In this document: in pieces, positions 13,650-27,600 of the stretch
How the letters are laid out: every line of letters begins with the position of its first letter
Position numbering within the stretch: position 1 is the first letter of the stretch
Source: Isurus oxyrinchus
Taxonomy: Eukaryota
NCBI GenBank assembly: GCA_026770705.1
Contig: JANJGN010000075.1
Span: 1,612,001-1,676,000 of the forward strand
Reading direction: 5' to 3'
Length of the DNA stretch: 64,000 nucleotides
Notes under the pieces: model-generated
What the model was told of the DNA's origin: nothing
Database searches by the model: none
The model's input: only the letters and a program-made list of their open reading frames with translations
Position numbers and translations under genes: made by a program

Positions 13650-14945
13650 AAAGACCCATTGTTGAGTGAAGCCAAGATGGATTTATGAAAGGGAAATGAT
13701 GTTTGACAAAACCATTAGTGAATTTGAGGGATGCAAATAACGCAATGGATAAAGGTTAAACCAATGGATGCGGTTTATTTGAATGCTTCGATAAGACCCG
13801 AAACAAGAGATTAGAAAACAGAACCAGTCATTGGGGTTAATAAACTAGCATGGATTGAACAATGTTTTCAGATGGAAAATAGAAAGTAGCTATAAAAGGG
13901 TCATTCCCATTTTCTCATGCAGTCATTAAAATGAGGTGCTGCAACGATCAGTGCTTGGTCCAACTGTTCACAATCTACAACAATAAACTGGGTTTAGGGG
14001 CAAAGGTAACATTTCCATATTTGCTGTCAACACACAATTTGTTGGGAATACGAGTTCTGAGGACGGTCCAATGAGGCTTCAAGGGGATGTAGACAGGCTA
14101 AGCAGGTGTGCATGAGTATGGCAGATGGAATGTAATGAGGTCAAAAGTAATGGAATACACTTTGGAAGAAAAAACAGAAAGGCAGAGTATTCCATAAATG
14201 CTGAGGGATTGGGAAGTCTGGGGACTGAGGTGTACCTGTTCATATATCACTAAATGTTAACATGTGGATTCAGCAATCAATTAGTAAAGGAAATGGAAAG
14301 TTGGCCTTCATTGCAAAATGATTTTTGCACAGGAATTAAAATAAAATGTGATACTGCATCTGGTTAGAGCCGTGGCAAGGCCGAAGCTGCAGCGTTATGT
14401 ACAGTCCTGGCCATCTTATCTGAGTAAGAATATAATTGTCATCGAGCGAGTGCAGCGAATGTTCACTAAAGTGATCCCTGAAATGGAAGTAGTATCGCCT
14501 GAGGAGACATTGAGGAGACTGTGTTTGTGTTCTAGAAAATTCTGAGCCTAAGAGGTCATCCCTTTCAAAGGTACAACATCCTTAAGGGGCTTGACAGGAC
14601 AGATGCAGGGAGGAAGTTTCCGCTAATTGGATGGTCTGGAACCAGGGAACAGCGTCCCAGAATTAGAGGTTTGGGGGGTGGGTGGCTACTTAGGACGGGG
14701 TTAAGAAGGACATTCTTCACTCAAAGGATGGTGGATCTTTAAAATTCTCTACCCTAGATGGTTGTGGAAGCTCTTTCATTGAGCATCTTCAAGGCAGACA
14801 TCGATAGATTAACTGATTCAGAAGATATCAAGGGTTATGGGGGCAGTGCGGGAAATGGCGCTGAGGTGGAGGTTCAACCAGTATCTAATTGAAGGGCAGA
14901 GCAGGCTCCAGGAGCTGAATGGCCTCCTCCTGCTTCTCTGTCGCT
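13650..14945 (+). mobile_element. CR1 LINE 3' ~1.3 kb
   Basis: Decayed RT region, IERVQRMFTKVIPEM...EETLRRL, and tail gagctgaatggcctcctcctgct. Confidence 0.88.
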
Positions 14946-15829
14946 TTGAAATTCAGACAATCCATGTCTGGAGTGAGTCTTTGAAATAGCAATCCAATTA
15001 TTCACTCTGAGATTTTATTTACACAAGCCCTGCAGTTAAAAAGAAAAGTTAAAAATAAAACATCAGTTTTGTGACTCAGTGAATCGTTGACTGAAAGTCA
15101 CGTGAAAGCAGCTGGGTGGAATTTGTATTCAAATATGAAAATTCATTAGAGAATACCAAACAGAATGTCCAGTGGAAGTGCGGAGGTCCATTATGGAACG
15201 GATTGAGCTGTTGATGGTGGCAATTTGCACGTGAGATGTGGAGATTGTGAGTTGGATGCTGAGAACATGGGAAAGTTGAAGCTCTGTTTTTGCTGATGGA
15301 CATTAGTATCCGCCCACCCTACAGTTGCATATCTCAGTGACGTGTTCATTCGTAGCTGGGTGAATGACGAAGCAAAGTTAAATCAACATCCCTGATCTGG
15401 AGGCTGACTGAATTATCCGCCAGAGATGGACCAACAACATACACACGCTGAAAAATATCACAAAGCGCCTGGAATTCGAGGACAAATGGGAACAAGATAG
15501 AAAACTCAGCGAACATTCTGAAAATAATCAGTGTGGCAGAGGATAGAAATAGCCCTTACCATCACAGCGGAAGGCAGCGGTTTCAACTCGAAGGAGCTTC
15601 AATAGAAAGAAAGAGGATCTGAGCAACTGTCAATTAGGACGGTGACTCAGAAACAAACGAATCGTTCAAAATAAATTGATTAGAATGTTTTCTAATTGCT
15701 TGAAAGTATTCTCCCAACAGTTTGTTCCATTCTCCCGAGGGCACTGATTCCCAAATGCAAACCCGCGCTTGTTCAAACTATTCTTCTAGTCATCTGTTCA
15801 TTTACGTTTTCAGAAACAGTGTGGGTTTC

Positions 15830-15980
15830 TTGACCTGACGTCAGTGGTGACACTGGAGGAACTTTTCCCTCCTACAGCGCATGCTCGTTCCCCTGCGTGG
15901 AGCAGGCATTAAGAAGCTCTATCATCATATTTGTCTTCCTTCAGTGGATTGGGAGCTATGCGCTGATTGGTCGCGCCAGC
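15830..15980. promoter_or_regulatory. Promoter-like motif cluster
   Basis: TGACGTCA (15837-15844), gcgcatgc, gattgg twice (CCAAT), local CpG retention. Confidence 0.35.
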
Positions 15981-17284
15981 ATCTCCTCTCCATGGAGATC
16001 GGGAAACTAAGAAGAACTTGCATGAGAACGACGGACGCGCACAAATGGATTGATTTAAAATATACTGTAAGAATAACACTGCTTTTCTTTCAATCGAAGC
16101 TCACAACAGTTAATTATTTTGGGCCACACCACTTGTGGCAGAAGCCATGGAATTTCTTCACCTTTTCTCAGAAAAATTATGGATTGTCGAAATGTTCCAA
16201 GAGTTGAAATATCTAATATCACCCCCCCACCCTCCACCCCGCCCCATCCCTCCTAACCTCTAAAAAAGAAGTATGAACAATTCGGATGAATAATGAATAG
16301 ATAATGGAGTTTATAAACATAGACCCTTCAGTATTTCAAATAGAGTTTGGAATGAGGGGATTCAGAGATTAACTCTGAGCCCCCAAAGCAGTTGGAACAG
16401 AGTTTTCAGGACATTAGTGCTCATTCACACTAAAGATTTATATCTAAACAATATGCTCAACTCCAGAAAACTGGATGGAGAAGCTGAGAGAAGACAATTT
16501 ATGAGAAATATGCCCAGCCTGAATCATGCTTCTGCTTCGGCTTTTCTTGTGTTAACATCACAGAATAATATCCCTATTCCACCAACATTCATAGAGCTAG
16601 AACTAGCAAAAACAGGCATGCCCTACCGAAATAGCAGTCCTGGTAATGAAAACATCACAATGAAAATATTATAAAGATAGATCTTGAAATTTTAAAGTCA
16701 CGGGGCTGTTACTCTTTACTTTGATTGTTTATTCCATTGTGGGATTGTCCCTGGGATGAAAAATATCTAACACACTGTCTCTGAAAGACATGCCCTTTCC
16801 TGTTTAATTTTAAGAAATGTTGTGGTGTCCAGACATTAACCCACAGGCAATCACAAATGTCATAAAGCGCCTGAAATTCAGCTTCGATGCTGAAGAGGAA
16901 AGAGAAATATCGAAAATGGATATCACAAGAAGAACAAGAATATTCAAAGTTGGTACTGCAGAAGTCAGTATTTTTAACTTGGAGAAGCGCAGGTTGAAAT
17001 AAGGTGGGACATAGCGTCCAATTGGGGCGCAGTTGGGGCGGGGAGCGTCGGGCTGTGCTAACAAAGTGCCAGAAGACATTTACTAAATATTCACTTTTAC
17101 ATGTGCCTTCTCCCATTTGCTTCTCTGTATCTCCTGTAGATGCACATTCCCGACAGGGGATGTACCCCACGGTCGCCACCAGCAACTTACAGCATTACTT
17201 GCTGATGATTTGAGTGCAGACACCGAAAGGGTTGCTTGAACTGAGATGAGCAGAGATGACAGAGGCAGGCCTTCGCCCTCCTAC

Positions 17285-17296
17285 TGCGCATGCGCA
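17285..17296. promoter_or_regulatory. NRF1-type palindrome TGCGCATGCGCA
   Basis: Perfect 12-bp consensus retaining two CpGs. Confidence 0.4.
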
Positions 17297-18977
17297 CATC
17301 TAAGCAGAAAACAAACTGAAAGGATAACAGAGTGAATATCGGCCGAGATTCCCGTCAGTGACTCCGGGGAATCGGCCCAAGAGTAGGGTCAGCATGTCCC
17401 CTGGATGGAGATCTCAAACACAGCCCAAAGTAAATGTTGAATCTTGAATCTTTAATGTACAGCAGAGGAGTTTGACACATTACAGGGTAGATGGAGGCCA
17501 TTCACCATCCTAAATATTCTGGATCTGAAACTTTCCCCACATAACCCAACTTCATGTCCGTAAATAATCCGTTCCATTCAAATAGATTCTCAAAGTTCTG
17601 GTCGAATCTGCTTGCACCATTCTTACAGGAGATCATTCCAGATCAATCCAACCCTCAATGTGAGAATCTCCATGCACATTTTCACTCACCTAGACATGTT
17701 AAATCATTCATTGATAATTACAGATCAATTTGCGAAATGAAACAGGTTCGCCCTATTCTGTCTATGAAATATAAATAGGATTATGAATACATCTGCAAGG
17801 TCCCTCCTGAACCTTTTCTGCTCCAAAAAGAAGGAAAAACAACAAAACAAAACAAAACAAGTTTCTCTCGCCTCCCAACTTCTCTGAATTGCTTCAACTC
17901 CGGAAAAATAATCATCGTTTCTATAATTACGGATCGGACATTATTCAACTCAACTCAAGGCCTCTGGGGATCCTGCAAGTTAATCAGCTGATCTCGAGGT
18001 CGGACTCAATCGGACACAAATAGCAGCGTTAGTGTTTGATTTCTCCATCATGTCCTCTCCCTTAACTGAAAGAGGTGACTTACCCTTGAACACAGTTCTA
18101 GGGCAAATCTCTCTCTGCCTTGTCCTTCGGTGGTAAGGGTATGGTTGAAGTCTGAGCTCGGATGCTGTTTTCCATTGAAACGAGCTGATGACAGAAGGTG
18201 TAAAGCAGGGCGCTGACAGTATCCTCAGCGGACATCCATTATCGACGCATTGAAACAGGGCCAGTACATGCCTCTTAAAAGCAGACTCTGCTCTCTGCTC
18301 TGATCTAAATCGCTAACATCTCCCATAAAGTAAAAGCAGATTCACTCCCACCCCGTTCCTCGCAACATTTTCAAGTTTCGACACGGTCAATCCAACCTGA
18401 TATGATGTACAGCAAACCAGTTGTTGTTTTTATTCTGTTAGCTACCAGATATCGGACACCTCATGCCTCAGTCCCACTCTCAGTCTCACTGTTCGAGTTA
18501 CCCACTGACACAACACAGACCAGCAACCCAGTGGCTTCTACACAAGATTGTTTCACAACTCACCAAAGAGCAGTAATGAGACGCCTGTCTCCATGTTCCA
18601 GTACGAGCTACTTCGAGACATGAGATCTGGAAGGAACTGCGGCTGATTCCCTTTACTCAGGGCTCAGAATTTCAAACCAGAAAGCGTTGAATGAGAGAGG
18701 AAACAGAGGCTGGGAGGAAGTGAGGTGGTCACCACAGTTAAAGCAACAGAACTAATTTTTATACAACATGTAATGAGATATGGATGTGATTGCTGCATGA
18801 TTGAAAATGTTAACCTTTGTAAGTTAAACAATGATCACGTGTTGAATGGGCCACAATGGGTTATCCAGAAGGAAGAACGACCTGAAATATTTGGCTGTTT
18901 TTGTGAGTTTGTCTTTCATCATGGTCAGGAGCACTTAATCTGGGAGGAATCGTTCCTCACATCCATCTCCCGGCCTT

Positions 18978-19727
18978 CGATTTAAAACTCTCTATAGTTA
19001 ACCTCATGACATCCAAAAATAACAAAATAAACAATCAAAAACGGAACCGAAGGCCTCAACAGGAACATCAGTTGAGCAGCCCCTGCTGTTTTGTGCAGCG
19101 AATGTACACCAGAGTGTCAGTTGCGACGGAGAGATTGAGCTGTATAACAGTTGTTAATCATTAATTTGGGGTGTCTCCCATCTTGCTCCAACACTCCTTC
19201 CTCCATAATCAGAAATGAAGGCTCCAGCAATATTGGTGACGTTAATTAGCGGCGTCCCTGCTTCCCTCAGTTGAACAGGACTAAACTGAAACCTTCCCGC
19301 CTAAAGGACTTTCTTCAATTCATATAGGTTTTTGAATTTTGAACCGAAACTACTCGATCGGCGCAGGCTTGGAGGGCCGAAGGGCCTGTTCCTGTGCTGT
19401 ACTTTTCTTTGTTCTTTGAAATAAGGGGTCGAGGCCTAAAAAAAATCAGTTAGCAGTTTAAACTCTTTCCCAACATTTTCCAATTCTCTCATTCGAACTC
19501 GTGGGTACACAGGATTGACAAGGTGCTATAATTACACAAATAAATGATTAACAACTGTAACACAGCTCAATCTCGACGTCGCAATCTATATTGTCGTGTA
19601 CATTCCCTGCACAAAACAGCAGGGGGAGCTCAATTGATGTTCATGTTGAGGCCCTCGGTTCTGTATTTGATTGTTCGTTTTGTTATTTTTGGAAGTCCTG
19701 AGGTTGACTCTAGAGTGTTTTAAATCG
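18978..19727. repeat. Long inverted repeat (~185-bp arms, ~380-bp spacer)
   Basis: 18978-19162 is the reverse complement of 19543-19727, e.g. ccctgctgttttgtgcag / ctgcacaaaacagcaggg. Confidence 0.9.
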
Positions 19728-22700
19728 GTCAGCTAACGCTGATTGATTGCGTCAATGATTGGTCGGGACATGCCTCCCTTTCTCTCTCTCTCTCTCTCAT
19801 TCTCAGACTCTGTATCTCTATGTGTGTGTCTCTCTCTCCCTCGCTCCCTTTACTGCATTTTTTTCCGGATTTTGAGTGTTTTTCCCCTTAACATACTGAA
19901 CGATTCTGCAGCATGCACTTTGTGGGAAGCGAAAACACACTGTCCGAAGTCCTTCCATCGAAATCTTTTGGCAATTTTGCAGATCTGAAACGTGAGTGAA
20001 TGGCTTGTTGGCTGGACAATATTATTGCTTATCAAGTTTCATGGATCATAACTGACACAGTTATGGTTTTGAAGATTTTCAATGTTTTGGTTTCAGACTT
20101 ATAATCAAGCATGGACGCCGTTTGCATGTCACAACTACAAGTGAAATGATGTTTTGGAATGATTTCGAAATATTATCCTGAAGCACCCAGTGAACTGCAT
20201 CGACGCAGTTACAGATAGGAGCTAAACCGATCATGTTTATTTCCGAGCAGTTGAATGAAGATGTGGCGAAAAATCTGTACTGTTCTGTCCCTCATTCTCG
20301 TTCCACTCCCCAGAGCCATGAATAACCGTGCCAGCCATTGACAGAGTGCTCAGATCTCCGGCAGAGTTTTGGAGTTTGATTAAATAAATTCGGCCATAAA
20401 TTTCACTTAGATACAGGACAAACTGATCTCAGAGCCAAAAGCTCCGTGGTCGATTTGGCAATTTCACCGGAGATAAATATAAATTGAAGATAAGTGGAAG
20501 AGAACTTTGTGGAAGAAATGCAGGAGTTTGACACGGTTTCCATTTCATTTCCAGTATTGGATCTAACAGTACTGAACGACTGAACACCTATTGCTTTGTG
20601 TAGAAGAATACCTGTCCGAGAGCGACACTTTGCCTTCATCAAACATCCTAATGAAGCAGAGCATTCCAAAAAGCTTCCCGGGCCACACTTCCTTTGCAAT
20701 TTAAGATCTGTCGTGCTGACCAAATAGTTTTTCTCTAATGTTCAGGCAATCAGCAACGACTGAAATGATGATAATTTTGTGGTGCAAAGAGGTTCATGAT
20801 GTCGAATCCGGAGCTTAGAATCCGACGTTAACAGGCAGTAAGGCTACCAATGATGCAGCAATTAAAATGTGTTTCAATTGTGAATGTTAGAGGATTAGAA
20901 TATTTTAGGATTGTAGTTTTCAATTAGGGTAAGTGATGGGGCTCGTTTGACCTGTTCTGCAGATTGCCTGACAGTAAGCAGGGCTGGTTAGATGTTTCCC
21001 GATGAAAATGAGACTTGGATTATTTTCCTGGTAAGAAGTCACAAGGTATTTACGCGCAGAGACAATGACAGCAGTTAACACTGAGTAGACTGAAAGTCAC
21101 CCAAACTCCGAGAAAGGTGTTGAAGTTACAGAATTCTGAACAGTAATGCTTTAAACTCTCCATTTACGTCGAAGATGAAAGATAGTTAAGGTCAAGAAAA
21201 GCTCATTATCATTTCTACCTCGATGTGAAATTTAAAATATTTGGCTTCGCAGCTGAGAAGAGGGATAAGCTATTATTTTAACATTAGATTACAGGCTTCT
21301 CGATAAAGCAATGAATATCGCAGAGATGCAACAGCTCAGTGAGATTAGCAGGGACAAAAGATCATTTGGCTTTCAGAGATAGCACAGCCGGAAGCGGAAG
21401 GGAGACAGCACCCAGCTGAAGAGATGCGTCCTGCAGCTTTCTATTGATTCCGGGAGAATATCCTGTCACGGCCGCGAATAATTAGAATCTTTGGAATGGC
21501 CTTTCCTGCTGGTGCTGTATTTAAGGTCATCTCCGAGAATTGCGGAAAATGCCGTCGCACTCAGTTACTGCTCTGTGAAGTGAGAATACGGGAGCCCATT
21601 GGAGGCTGGGGGCATTCGTGGATTGTTGTAAGGACCGGAATTCGTTGGGTGGTGGGGGTGGGGGGGGGGGGGGGGGGGAGGTGGGGCGGGTCCGATGTAT
21701 AATTAGCATAAAAGTGGGTGTAGCCATCTCTGCAAATTAAAGTATAAGAGGCCTCTCTAAAGAAAATGTTGTTTGCTCTTAGTATTTTGCTATTGTAACA
21801 ACATGTATAACGTGAAACCCGACCTGTTCATTCTTGCAGCGAGAACCTGGAAATTCAAATTTCTTTGTGAAAGTTATCGATAGAAATGGAGATCGTGAAA
21901 AATGAGCGACACTAAGATCAGAGGAGCACCGAGATCTGGGAGTTTTGTGGGGCTGGCGGTGGTTATAGATACAGATAAAGCAGGAGTCATATCATCTCCG
22001 TGTTTGTTTATGTACAAGGATGAGAATCCCAAGATGCAGGTTGCTGGGCTGATGAACTAGTAGTGACCCTATTCCTGTTGAAGTCAACAGCAGCATCTTT
22101 AACCCACATGGTTGTGAGATGATGATTTAACTCAGGAATCGCTTTGCCATTGGCGGATGTCAGCCTTCAACACAGGGCTGCCTCTCGGCATCCCAATTGG
22201 GCTGTGGAACATGTGCCCGATTGTGAGAGATGTTTTCCGCTTCTCCATGAATGGAAATTGAATTCAAGCTGAGCCGAGTTAATAGATGTAAATTCAAATG
22301 GGTCTGAGGTTTATTCGAGGATAATTGATGACTTTGGTAAGAGGGCTGAGGATGTCAGAATATTTTGGAACAGAGCGTTGATTGAGGCTCCTCTGCACCG
22401 GGTGTATTTTGCAAACGGCCGCCCCTTTATTTGCGATGCAGTGTTGTTAAAAGCGTTTCGGATTGAACAGCAAAGCAAAGCTTTTAATGTTTAGGTGGAA
22501 TATCTTGCGACCAAGACTAGCAATATTTCTCTCAGTGATTCAAAGTGATATCTTTTCGGTTCAGTTTCGGCGTTTCCGCTTAGCCTGATTGGATAAAGTA
22601 ATTGCAATTCAACTTCAAGTTTGTTCCGAGAATAATTGAACAGGAACAACTGTTGCAACTGATCAATCGTTTAAACTAAGATTACGTGGAACAGATAACG

Positions 22701-22829
22701 GAGTGAAATCTATTGCATGAGTTGGTGTTGCTTTTTGTGGGTTCTGATCCACAAAATTTTCGGGTGGCGCTGTCAAAGTTTCAGACATGTGACATATTTA
22801 ATGAGGCAAAACCCGAAAGGAAGTGTGCA

Positions 22830-23097
22830 AGTTTTTAATCTCAGATATGGTGACCCTGATGCAATTGCCGAATGTTGGAAAAACCCATCTGGTTCGCTAA
22901 TGCCCTTCAGTGAGGGAAATCTGCCGCCCTTACCCGGTCTGGCCTGCATGTGACTCCAGACCCACCGCAATGTGGTTGATTGTGAAAGGCCCTCCGAAAG
23001 GCTCTGGGAATCCATTCGGTTCAAAGACAATTAGGGATGGGCAGCAAACTCTGGCCTGGCTCGCGGCGGCCACATCCCATGAGACAGAAAATAAAAA
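22830..23097 (+). mobile_element. HE1-like (V-SINE) element
   Basis: aaaacccatctggttcgctaatgccct...ggaaatctgccg...tgtgactccagaccc...caattagggatgggca...cacatcccatga + A-rich tail. Confidence 0.75.
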
Positions 23098-24225
23098 CGT
23101 GGGATATAGAATTTTTAAATGTGTATATTGTGGATGTTGGAGTTTGGTTTTGAGGCTTCTGAACCTCCAAATTTTTGGGATCGTACATGGAAATCGTTCA
23201 GTCATCCGACACATTTAAGTGGAGCAAGTTAGGAAAAGGTTTACCAGCTGTTCAGGTCACCTATATCTATAAAGGCCGGCAGTGAGTTACAACCCAGAGT
23301 GCGCTGTATCATTACTGTTTTATGTCTGAATGGGGAGCGCACAATGAGATCTCTGGTTGCAGCTCTTGATCTTCGGGCAGGTCTTCACATTTCGCCTCTC
23401 TTTCCCTCTCCTTTATCTCTTGCCTGATTTGTTCTTGTCTCGTAATCTAGATTTCTCCACCGCACAGAGACAAAGTCCGGGTCTCCTCCATACTGGCTCT
23501 AATCCAGTAAACTCCTCTCTCTCCCCAGTCATTGTTTTCACGGTGTTTGACCGTAGTTTCCTGGACCACCCAGACATCTCACATGTGAACAGCACAGCAT
23601 TGCATCCTGTTTCCCACATCCATCTTTGTTTGAATGTCTCGTCTCTCAAGGTTCCAAGTTCTCTTATCCCGAGAGGGGCCGAGAAACTCCAATCCTGTGT
23701 TTTAAAGACACAAGCAATCCAACAGGCACCCTCAATGTTTCACTTATTTGCGATTAGATATTTTATCTCAAAAACTTGATGTAATTTCTCGCCCTCCACT
23801 ACCTTGACATTAATTTTCTGCATTCTGCATACAAATTCTAAGGTTTCCCACTTTACTATAAAACAGAACCGAATTCAAAGACAAGCTAGATGTTAAGTAC
23901 TAGAGCTAGGCTTTAAGAATTAATTGTTCGTTCGCACTCTGGGAATCTTAAATGAGGAAGAGTAAATCAAATACTACAAGGCTGGAAATACTCAGCAGAT
24001 CAGGTAGCATCTGTATGTAGCAACTTGTATTTGCTCAGAACAGGGAGATGTTACAGAGTTATACGTTTACAAACAATTATCCCTCCAATTTGTCAGCAAG
24101 AACAACAATATTTATTTGATTTTGCACAGAATCCGTTTATTCTCTAACTTCTGCAAGTCATCATGAACATTCTACGAACTGAGTTGTTAACTCCTTCCTC
24201 AATTAGCACAGGGTTAACCCATGGT

Positions 24226-24675
24226 GGTGTTAGGGAGGGAGTTCCAGGATTTTGTCCGTGAGATGTAGGTACACCCACGGCACTGTTAGGGAGGGAGTTC
24301 CAGGATTTCATTTGCATGGTGTAGATGCACCCATTGCGATGTTAGGAAGAGTGCTCCAGGATTTTGTCCGTGTGGTGTAGGTACAGCTACGGCGCTGCTA
24401 GAGAGGGAGTTCCAGGATCTTGTCCCTGTCGTTTAGGAACACCCACAGTGCTGTTAGGGAGGGAGTTCCAGGATTTTGTCCCTGTGGTGTAGGTACACCC
24501 ACGCCGCTGTTAGGGAGGGCGTTCCAGGATTTTGTCCATTTGGTGTAGGTATACCCGCAGTGCTGTTAGGGAGGGAGTTCCAGGATTTTGTCCGTTTGGT
24601 GTATGTACACCCACAGTGCTGTTAAGGAGGGAGATCCAGAATTTTGTCCCTGTGGTGTTAGGGAGGGAGTTCCAA
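24226..24675. repeat. 56-bp minisatellite (~8 copies) derived from a LINE 3' segment
   Basis: gttagggagggagttccaggattttgtcc.tgtggtgtaggtacacccac.g.gct with period 56 (24231, 24287, 24343...); single-copy in the LINE at 32025-32080. Confidence 0.92.
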
Positions 24676-27600
24676 GTGTGGAGGGGGGGAATTTGCACTT
24701 CGAAATTACCCGCCTGGCTGTATTACTGTAACCCACTGGTTTCCAGGACAAGAGCTGCAAAACGGGAAATGTCTGTATAAATCGTCTCTCCTGGTCCAGA
24801 ACAAACACAGGATGAATAAGGGCGATGAAGATATAAACAATTAATTCTGCCCCATAAAATTTGGGTGTTTCCAATGTTTGTTCCTGGTTTAATAAGTCGG
24901 ATGCACCAGACTAGCGCCCGCCGCAAATGGCAATCCCCTTTTCAGCGCTCACACGCCATCAGCCGGTGCCCAGATCCAGCCACCCAGTGACTTAACCTCC
25001 TAGAGACTGGCAAAGAGCAGAGCCTGTAATAGCCGTGAGGCGCCAGCAGATGGCAGCATTGGAACACTTTAATCTCAGGGAAGTTTCTCCAACCTGTGGA
25101 GAGTTAAACTTTCACTTTCCACCTCCATAATTTAGGCATATAGTGGGCGACGGTGAATGTGTGGAGATCATAATTGGAGTTTAAATTCACCATTTATGGC
25201 GGGGCGTGGGGGGGGGGAGGGGGAATTGGTGAACGTGTGGAGATAATATTTGTGGCTTAATAAACCAGTTACTGCGGGGTTGCATGTGTGCAGATTATAT
25301 GTTGGGCTTAATAAAACAATTACTGGGGCGGGTGAATGTGTGCAGATTACATTTGCGTCTTCATAAAACATTGACCGGTGGGTGGGGTGAAGGTGTGGAA
25401 TTATATGTGGACTTTTAACAGCTCCAAAACTAATGGAGTTATCATTTGAGATTCTGTGGGGAGGGGAAGATTCACCTGTTTCACCAGAGTCGACGCCGGG
25501 TTTCAGAACGAGGGACTGTCGCTGACAATTCTGTTGGAGTCTTTGGATGAGATTTAGAACTGATGGGGCAAATAGGTTGGGGCGGGGTGGGGGGTGGCGG
25601 TGCAAAAGTGGAGGTGGGGCATTTGTATTTCGACTCTACCCGTCTGGCTGTATCACTGTAACCCACGGGTTCACAGGACAAGAGCTGCAAATTGGGAAAG
25701 ATCTGTATAAATCTTCTCTCCTGGTCCGGCACAGTCACAGGCTGAATAAAGGCGGTAAAGAAGTAAAAATTAAATTCCGTCCCATGAAATGTGGGTGTTT
25801 CCAATGTTTGTTCCTGTGATAAGGAGTCGGCCTGAGAAATGTTGAAAATTATCAATTCATTAGAAATATTTAGCAAGATGAAGTCTTTGGGTTTAAATAT
25901 TGACAATGTCTTGCAGGGATTTACAGAGCACAGCCAAGTTTTCCAGATACTGGGACCAGTACCTGAAATCGGTACCTAATGCCCACATTGCCGCCTCGAA
26001 AAATCCCCCAAACACCATCTGCAGACAATATCTCCAATGGGGAAAGGAGCAGAGCTCATGGGTAGTGCCCGCTGCTAAAGGGGCGAATGCGCTAGTCGAG
26101 CGACGACTGCAAATTTCAATTGCCTTTGCTGCATTCCCGCCCCATCAGCCTGTGCCCAAAACGAGCCAGCCAGTGATTGAACCTCTCTGAGACGAGAAAA
26201 GAGCAGCGCCTGCAGTAGCTGTGAGCCGCCAGAAGATGGTGGCATTTGATCACTTTCTAATCAGGAAAGTTCCTCCAACTCGTGGAGCGTTGAACTCTCA
26301 CTTCCCATCTCCCCCATTATCAATTTACTCATTTACTGGGCTTTGTGTAGGGTAGGGGGGGGGGGGGCGATGAATTTGTGGAGATTATATTTGGGATTTT
26401 AATAAAACATTTACTTGTCTGGGTGGAGGGGGAGGGGTTAAGGTGTGGCGAAAATATTTGGGGCTTGAACTACTCCAAAAATAACAAGGGGAATCATTGA
26501 GACTCTGTTTGTGTATTGTGCAGTTGGGAAGATTCATGTGTTTCACCAGAGTCAACGCCGTGATTTGGAAACTGAGACTCTCGCTGGCAATTCTGCTGGA
26601 GACTTTGGGTGAGGTTGGAACTGGTGGGGTAAAATGTTTGGGGGGTGTCAACAGTGGAGGTCGGGCATTTGTATTTCGATTCTGCCCGTCTGGCTGTATC
26701 GCTGTAATCCACAGGTTCACAGGACAGGAGGCGCAAAGTGGGCAAAGTCTGCATTAATCGGCTCTCCTGGTCCGGCTCAGGCACAGGGTGAATAAAGGCG
26801 GTAAAGGTGTAAACATTAATTTCTGCCCCATATAATGTGGGGGTTTCCGCTGCTTGTTTCTGTGATAAGAAATGGGGTGAAAATTTGAGAAAATTAACCT
26901 GGGAACTTATTCATCAGAAAACTTTAGCAAGGTTAAGTGCATGGGGTTAAACATTGACAATGTCTTTCTGAGGATTTACAGAGCACTGCAAAGTTATCCT
27001 GACACTGGGACCAGTGCCAGGAATCGGTACCAAACGTCCACTTTGCAGCCTGGAATAATCCCCCAAACACCATCTCCAGACAATATCTCCAATTGGGAAA
27101 GAAGAGCAGAGCTCATGGACAGTGTTCGCTGCCAAAGGGTCGAATGCACCAATGGATGGTCCGCTGGAAATTTCAATCCCCTTTGCTGTGTTCACACCCC
27201 ATCAGCCTGTCCCTCGACGCAGCCAACGAATGACTGAACCTCTCTGAGATTGGCAAAGAGCAACGCCTGCAGTAGCAGTGATACGCCAAAAGATGGTGGC
27301 ATTGGATCACTTTCATCTCCAGAATGTTCTTCCAGCCTGTGGAGAGTTAAACTTTGGCTTTCCATCGCCCCCATTATGAATTTATTCATTTGATGGGGGA
27401 GGATGCATGTGTGGAGATTATATTTGATGCCCTAATACAACATTTACTTCGCGGGCGGGTGAATGTGTGGAGATTTTATTTGGGATTTAACATCTCCAAA
27501 TATAATGCAGGCATCATTGAGACTGTGTGTGTTTATTGTGCAGTGGGAAAGATTCACCTGTTTCACCAGAGTCGACGCCAGTTTTCGAAAGGGAGATTCT

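Noticed and set aside
23357-23830. ORFs on both strands at 23.4-23.8 kb
   Set aside because: No recognisable motif; internal stops on extension.
24226-24675. CRISPR-like periodicity
   Set aside because: Head-to-tail units with no unique spacers; eukaryotic LINE origin.
25615-25665. RSS-like TACAGTG-ATACAGCC...ACAAATGCC on the minus strand of macro-repeat units
   Set aside because: The heptamer lacks the essential CAC and the spacer is 27 bp, not 12 or 23; no V/D/J segment is adjacent.
25476-25684. Exon-like segment in the macro-repeat (TTGCAG...CAG|GTGAAT, minus strand)
   Set aside because: Indels in G-runs change the frame between copies; no recognisable protein.
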